From a virus (lineage: Duplodnaviria; Caudoviricetes), in the IMG/VR virus record IMGVR_UViG_3300042516_002489, positions 506 to 64,505 of that record: DNA of 64,000 nucleotides; one strand, 5' to 3'. Below are positions 59,071 to 64,000 of this stretch, in pieces (positions within the stretch are counted from its first letter, which is position 1; every line of letters begins with the position of its first letter). The translations under genes were made by a program, and so were the position numbers. Below the pieces are notes generated by a model, which ran no database searches, was not told where the DNA came from, and worked only from the letters and a program-made list of their open reading frames with translations.

Positions 59071-59487
59071 CTACTTGATTTTAATAGATTTTGGCTTCTT
59101 TTCTTCAGGGACAATACGATCAACACTAATGTTTAGCATACCGTCCTTAAGTTCCGCCCCAGTTACCTCCATGTATTCACCAAGAGCAAATGATCGTACA
59201 AACTTACGAGCAGCAATACCTTTGTGAACCACTTCTGCATCTGTTACTTCTGTAATTTCACCTTTTATAATTAAGGTTCCATTATCTACTGATACATCAA
59301 TATCATCCTTTGAAAACCCTGCAATTGCAAGAGACAATCTATATGTATCTTCATCTAGCTTGATAAGATCATATGGAGGATATGACTGTAGATTTGTTTT
59401 ATGTGCTGTATTAAGACGACCCAACTCTCTGTTGAATCCAATAAAAAAAGGATCATTGAAAAGATCCATAGCAAATTGTGTTACCAT
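59071..59487 (-). CDS. hsp20: Small heat-shock protein (Hsp20/IbpA family)
   Basis: YPPYD, LAIAGF, HKGIAARKF.R.F.L, A.L.DGML. Confidence 0.93.
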   Translation of the reverse strand: MVTQFAMDLFNDPFFIGFNRELGRLNTAHKTNLQSYPPYDLIKLDEDTYRLSLAIAGFSKDDIDVSVDNGTLIIKGEITEVTDAEVVHKGIAARKFVRSFALGEYMEVTGAELKDGMLNISVDRIVPEEKKPKSIKIK

Positions 59488-59574
59488 TTTATTCCCCTTT
59501 CAAGCGAATAAGTTAATGTACCCCCAAAGGCAGTACAAATTTATTATATCATAGGTTAAGTCTTATTTAAAAAC

Positions 59575-60417
59575 CTATATTTTTTCTAGAGCAAAAACTC
59601 CTTTAAGTCTTCTTTCTTCCTTTTTAAAACCACCAGTAACCGAGTGTGCCAACTTAAACAAGTCTGGAATTGCTAGATATCCTTGTTCCCACCTAAGAAC
59701 CATTCTTATGTCTTCATTAAGGAGTACATTATTTTCAATTTTTTCACAAATAGAATTATACTCATATACTTCTTCTTTTGTTGGCACTCTACCATCAAAT
59801 AAGGTTAAAGTTGATCTATCACCAAATTGAAACCTTATTCCTTTTTCATTAGTTATCCAGTGTTTTTTAGACATACCATATGTAAAATTCTTTTCTTGAT
59901 AAAAATCCATTCCCTTTTTTTCTTCGTCTAAAAGATCTTGATTTCTTTTTTTATAAAAAGCTGTTACAGTTGCTTTATCCAAGAAGTCTTGTTCTTCTTT
60001 ACTTAAGATAGAATACAAACTAACCATATCTACAAAATATGTTTTACCAGAATCAGGATCACACTTAAAAAGTTCCATATTCCATATTCCCAAGGTATGG
60101 GATCTATCTCTAACCACATGCTCTATGTGCCAATGAAGCAATATATCATCTTTGCCAGCATAAGGGTTACTATCTATATGTTTGTGGTGGTCTTCAATAT
60201 AAAAGTCTACAGAGTTTTCTCTTGTTATTGGATAACAATTTAGTTCATCACCTAAAATTTTTGCTATTTTATTTTGCATCAATTCATCGCAGTTAGCATT
60301 TTTAAACACTACTATATTATCTGATAAAAATTTATTTTTATAAAATTCAATATTGTTTTTTATTGAATCTATCCCTGGAAATTCAATTGGTTCTATATTA
60401 ATCATATAAACATCCAT
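59575..60417 (-). CDS. TauD/TfdA-family 2OG dioxygenase
   Basis: WHIE (HxE), G.TYFVD, WEQG....D.....H, R.L. Confidence 0.75.
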   Translation of the reverse strand: MDVYMINIEPIEFPGIDSIKNNIEFYKNKFLSDNIVVFKNANCDELMQNKIAKILGDELNCYPITRENSVDFYIEDHHKHIDSNPYAGKDDILLHWHIEHVVRDRSHTLGIWNMELFKCDPDSGKTYFVDMVSLYSILSKEEQDFLDKATVTAFYKKRNQDLLDEEKKGMDFYQEKNFTYGMSKKHWITNEKGIRFQFGDRSTLTLFDGRVPTKEEVYEYNSICEKIENNVLLNEDIRMVLRWEQGYLAIPDLFKLAHSVTGGFKKEERRLKGVFALEKI

Positions 60418-60458
60418 TTCTATAGAATTACTTATTTATTATACCAGAGGTATAAAGT

Positions 60459-60532
60459 TGGAGCGGATAGCGGGAATCAAACCCACACATTAACCTTGGC
60501 AAGGTTACGCACTATCACTATGCAATATCCGC
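60459..60532 (-). tRNA. tRNA-Gly(GCC)
   Basis: GCGGATA/TATCCGC acceptor, TAACC-TTGCCAA-GGTTA, encoded CCA. Confidence 0.88.
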
Positions 60533-60536
60533 ATTG

Positions 60537-60609
60537 CTGGTCTGGCAAGATTTGAACTTGCGACATGGGCATTAACAGTGCCCCGCTCTGCCAACTGAGC
60601 TACAGACCA
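60537..60609 (-). tRNA. tRNA-Asn(GTT)
   Basis: TGGTCTG/CAGACCA acceptor, GGGCA-CTGTTAA-TGCCC, TTCAA T-loop. Confidence 0.92.
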
Positions 60610-60616
60610 TAACCTT

Positions 60617-61495
60617 TTACTTTAGTATATCAACCAATACATCAGTTTTTGTATTACGACCAACTGCCTTTTGAGTAATAGACTTCATGTAGTCATACGT
60701 TGATTGATATGTGCCCTTATAGTTTTTGGCCCAGTAAGCAGAAAATGCTGCAGTTGCTGCTGATGTTCCAACAGATCTCTTTACTTGAGTGTTAAATGAT
60801 TCAAGCGCATAGAAGTCTACAGTAGGTCCTCCATTTGAAAATGGAGAAATCGCATTATCTGCAGTTGCTCCAGCAATTGTTACTGCTGAAGGAATGCAGG
60901 CTGGAAAATTAACTCTGTTAACATCTCTGTTATTTCCTGCAGCAAACATTGTAGCAACACCCATAGAGGACAATGTGTTAATGTTGTTAATCAACAAGTC
61001 GTGCCTTGTAGTTATTGGACAGTAGTTTGCTCCAGTTCTTACATTGTGATTACCTAAAGATGCAGACACAGAAACGATATTATACTTTTCCTTGTTTGCA
61101 ATTGACCAACTAAGTGCATTTGCAATTTCAATATCACTAAATGTAGAAATCTTGCCATTTGGCAATACTCCAGCAATGCGAATAAAAATAATGTTTACAT
61201 CTGGATTTACTTTATTTGCAATAAGAGACATGATTGTTCCATGCTCAAATCCACCAGTTAGTGCCTGAGAAGATGGTAGAGTTGCAGATCCAAGCCCTTC
61301 TTGAAACTTAGTTCCATTTGGGCATGGTCTGCTATCTAAAATACAAACCTCTTGTACTAGCTTTGCTTTTAATACAGGTATAGAAGAATCAATTGCTGTA
61401 TCAATGATTACAATTGATTTATCTACTGATGCAGTTGCTGGTTGCAAGAAAGCCAAACCAAAAACTGCTACTAATACCACTGCTACTTTTTTCAT
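60617..61495 (-). CDS. Secreted subtilisin-like S8 peptidase
   Basis: Signal peptide; catalytic IIDT, HGT and GTS motifs plus oxyanion AAGN. Confidence 0.88.
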   Translation of the reverse strand: MKKVAVVLVAVFGLAFLQPATASVDKSIVIIDTAIDSSIPVLKAKLVQEVCILDSRPCPNGTKFQEGLGSATLPSSQALTGGFEHGTIMSLIANKVNPDVNIIFIRIAGVLPNGKISTFSDIEIANALSWSIANKEKYNIVSVSASLGNHNVRTGANYCPITTRHDLLINNINTLSSMGVATMFAAGNNRDVNRVNFPACIPSAVTIAGATADNAISPFSNGGPTVDFYALESFNTQVKRSVGTSAATAAFSAYWAKNYKGTYQSTYDYMKSITQKAVGRNTKTDVLVDILK

Positions 61496-61525
61496 TTTAT
61501 TACCCCTTTTATTGTTGTTTGTTTA

Positions 61526-61744
61526 TTATTGTTTTATTCTGAACACTACTTGGCACGGATCTCCGCCGTCTTCCCATTCTTGCATTTCTTCTTCACTCAT
61601 ATATGGATCTCCATCATGAGTATTGCAGAACGGCTCTGTTATCCATCCCCTATCAATTCCATTTTCAAGCCAAATATCAAACTCATTAAAGTCTGACTCT
61701 TTGTTTTGAATGTCCTTTAAAATTTCATCAAATTCATCGCTCAT
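61526..61744 (-). CDS. Hypothetical protein
   Basis: W...G..RGWI..FC.THDG...GGDPC. Confidence 0.65.
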   Translation of the reverse strand: MSDEFDEILKDIQNKESDFNEFDIWLENGIDRGWITEPFCNTHDGDPYMSEEEMQEWEDGGDPCQVVFRIKQ

Positions 61745-61756
61745 ATATAAAGTATA

Positions 61757-62347
61757 CTAAACAATTAATTCTTTGTCAACTGGTATAGAAAGTATCCATG
61801 TAGGTAAACAATAACGAACCTTATCTCCACTTACAGTTTTTACTTCATGAAGATATTTTTCTCCAGTTTTAAATATCATTAGTGAGCCAGAAGATGGTTT
61901 AATTTTTATATTAAGGTTTACAAATGACAGTTCTCCACCTTCATAGTCATCATTTAAATAAATAACAGTTGCGTAATCTTTATTTAAATTATTAAAAGTA
62001 TCATATGTTTCATCTATATGAGCATTCATATTATCTTCAGGGCGCTGTCTAAGAATTCTACCTAGGCCATGAATTATAGAACCTGGCATAAGAAACAAAA
62101 GTTTATTAAATTTATCTCTAGCCATAGCTGCTATGTGTTCATTGTTGTAGTCATAAAACTTGTTATTCCAGTCTAAAGATTGAAAGTTGTTTAACTTTGT
62201 CCAGTCTTCTTCTGAAGTCTTATCTATAATGTTAGTAAATATCTCTAACTCATCCTTAGATAAAAAATTTGGAATATAAAATATGTTATCCTCAAGTTTT
62301 TCAACATCTATAAATCCACATTGATCAAGAAGCTCTAAACTTATCAT
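61757..62347 (-). CDS. 2OG-Fe(II) oxygenase
   Basis: HID, YLNDDYEGGEL, HEV..V..RY. Confidence 0.88.
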   Translation of the reverse strand: MISLELLDQCGFIDVEKLEDNIFYIPNFLSKDELEIFTNIIDKTSEEDWTKLNNFQSLDWNNKFYDYNNEHIAAMARDKFNKLLFLMPGSIIHGLGRILRQRPEDNMNAHIDETYDTFNNLNKDYATVIYLNDDYEGGELSFVNLNIKIKPSSGSLMIFKTGEKYLHEVKTVSGDKVRYCLPTWILSIPVDKELIV

Positions 62348-62871
62348 TATAAACTAACCACATCTACTGGACCCATGCAGGATGGGCTAAATCTAATTGC
62401 TGCAGATACCGCAGATACTACACGGTTTCTTGCATTCTTTTGCTTATCTGTTGCATACAAAACTCCATAAGCATACTCAGCTCCAGAACCTATAGATAAA
62501 TATGGCAGGGTATATTTAGATAAAGACATATCGGCAGAACTATGCTCATAGATCTCACCACGAATTCCAATAATTAAACCAAGATCTCCATCCTTAGATG
62601 TGTCAACCCAGAACTCATTATAGAATTCACGAAGCTCTTTAATAAACCTAGTCTGCATAAACTTATCAGTATCTTTAATATTTGGAGGTGTTGGTTTAAA
62701 GTTATAACGGATTCTTTCTCCGTCCATTGATCCAGCATATCCAATAAGATATGGACCAATCTTCCAAACTTTTGGAGCATCAAGTGCTAAAATAGTTCCA
62801 TCATCTGAGGCACCACGATCTCCAGCCATGTAGATTTTATCTTCATGTTTTACTACAGCAATACAAGTCAT
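62347..62871 (-). CDS. HslV/proteasome-beta-like Ntn peptidase
   Basis: N-terminal M-T-C-I, MAGD, KV, IGYAGS and SIGSG..YA.G motifs. Confidence 0.8.
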   Translation of the reverse strand: MTCIAVVKHEDKIYMAGDRGASDDGTILALDAPKVWKIGPYLIGYAGSMDGERIRYNFKPTPPNIKDTDKFMQTRFIKELREFYNEFWVDTSKDGDLGLIIGIRGEIYEHSSADMSLSKYTLPYLSIGSGAEYAYGVLYATDKQKNARNRVVSAVSAAIRFSPSCMGPVDVVSL

Positions 62872-62941
62872 GCATAAACCCCTTTAGATGATTACTTTTA
62901 AGTATACCAGATACCCCATATAGTGTCAAGTAATGTGCTAT

Positions 62942-63298
62942 TTAGTCAATAAAATCATCAAGATAATCAATCTCATCTACTGCTTGTGTTACAGTAGGTG
63001 AAGATGTCTGAATAGACTGTTGTTCATATGGCTGGGAAGTTTCTGTAACTTCTGAGCTTCCGCCATTTTTACCAATCAAAATACCAGCAAGTGTTCCAGT
63101 AATAAATGTTGCGACAGATGACAAAACATTAAAAAACATTTTATCATTTTCTGACTGCTCACCTATTGGTTGTGTTACAAAAACAAGGGCATACAAAATA
63201 CCCATTGTTGTAAATAGCAAAATTGTTCCTAATGTCATTCCAAGAAAAAACTTTAATCTTGCATCTAGTTCGTCTGATGTATATCTTTTTCTACTCAT
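62942..63298 (-). CDS. Membrane protein
   Basis: Two TM helices. Confidence 0.65.
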   Translation of the reverse strand: MSRKRYTSDELDARLKFFLGMTLGTILLFTTMGILYALVFVTQPIGEQSENDKMFFNVLSSVATFITGTLAGILIGKNGGSSEVTETSQPYEQQSIQTSSPTVTQAVDEIDYLDDFID

Positions 63299-63500
63299 TT
63301 ACGCCACCCTCCATGGGATCAAAACCAAGTATGTCTTTTGTGCATAATCCATCTGCTAAACAGACTGGTGGATTACACTCTTTATTATACCAGTTAGCTG
63401 GGTCGTGGCAGTCATAACGATATCTATTTTCTAGCATACCGCATGAAGTTAGGGCTAATGAAAGCACTACTGCAGATACGATAGATAATATTTTCTTCAT
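63291..63500 (-). CDS. Putative lipoprotein
   Basis: Lipobox LTSC, Cys-rich mature part. Confidence 0.7.
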   Translation of the reverse strand: MKKILSIVSAVVLSLALTSCGMLENRYRYDCHDPANWYNKECNPPVCLADGLCTKDILGFDPMEGGVNE

Positions 63501-63513
63501 ATCTTGTATTATA

Positions 63514-63693
63514 CTACTCTTCTTTGTTTCTAAAAGGACTAGTTAATATCCATAGACCTGTGGTTGCTATGATTCCGTATCCAACTATAGTCTTTGCACT
63601 TCCGTCCAAAACTACCCAGGCAATAAACATTCCAAGGAGAGTCCATGCCTGGTCTATTAGATCCTTAACTATATTCTTTAGTATTCTTACCAT
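63514..63693 (-). CDS. Small membrane protein
   Basis: Manual translation MVRILKNIVKDLIDQAWTLLGMFIAWVVLDGSAK...; 59 aa. Confidence 0.65.
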   Translation of the reverse strand: MVRILKNIVKDLIDQAWTLLGMFIAWVVLDGSAKTIVGYGIIATTGLWILTSPFRNKEE

Positions 63694-64000
63694 TTTCTTC
63701 CTCCTCTTGAACCTGGTGAATTGGCACCTGAAGCACCACCTCCGCCAGAACTTCCTCCACCTGTGCTTCCACCTGTTGCTCCACCTGCAGCAACTGCTGC
63801 TGCATTAATTGCTGCTCCTGCTGCTACAACTGTAGCTACAACCATCTCTGTTGCTTCTTCTCTTTCTGCCTCTGTCATATCTGCACCAATACTTCCAAGG
63901 GCTGCTAATGCTGCTCCTGGGTCAGTAAATGCTGCTTCTAATAATGCTCCTGGGTCTTGAACTAATTCTATGTTTGCAGCAACTTCAGCAGTAATAATAA
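63687..64000 (-). CDS. C-terminal part of a longer membrane-anchored protein (start outside window)
   Basis: Frame open to the window edge (..DPGALLEAAFTDPG..IGADMTEAEREEA..VVA.VVA..Gly-rich tail). Confidence 0.65.
   Translation of the reverse strand, partial: IITAEVAANIELVQDPGALLEAAFTDPGAALAALGSIGADMTEAEREEATEMVVATVVAAGAAINAAAVAAGGATGGSTGGGSSGGGGASGANSPGSRGGRKW

Noticed and set aside
1-64000. Stop-codon reassignment
   Set aside because: Known genes are full length under the standard code, TAA, TAG and TGA all terminate genes, and no suppressor tRNA was found.

Overview
AT-rich 64 kb segment of a large tailed phage, most likely an uncultured actinobacteriophage (WhiB gene, AGAAAGG-type RBSs, leaderless genes, actinobacterial promoter motifs). 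Positions 1-21.1 kb (mostly minus strand) hold head and virion genes: prohead protease/scaffold, portal, a large virion protein, fibre-like proteins, plus class II RNR nrdJ. Positions 22-36 kb are a divergently transcribed, probably early region of many small genes. Positions 36-38 kb are a repeat-rich interval with DnaA boxes. Positions 38-49 kb (plus) carry small genes, tRNAs and a glycosyl/methyltransferase operon. Positions 49-64 kb (minus) carry accessory genes: LLM monooxygenases, WhiB, thioredoxin, nuclease, 2OG oxygenases, CHAP endolysin, Hsp20, TauD, subtilase, Ntn protease and tRNAs. The most striking signal is non-coding. The 22-36 kb region is built from ~1.3 kb units, each opening at an otherwise rare CCGG, usually followed by GGCGTGTC (WhiA-like GACAC core) and/or CRP-type boxes. 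Eleven promoters there fit the PafBC/RecA-NDp DNA-damage spacing TGTCRG-N10-TANNNT, and many units end in a covarying H-type pseudoknot RNA motif. All motif calls were made by eye and protein names come from motif recognition, not database searches.
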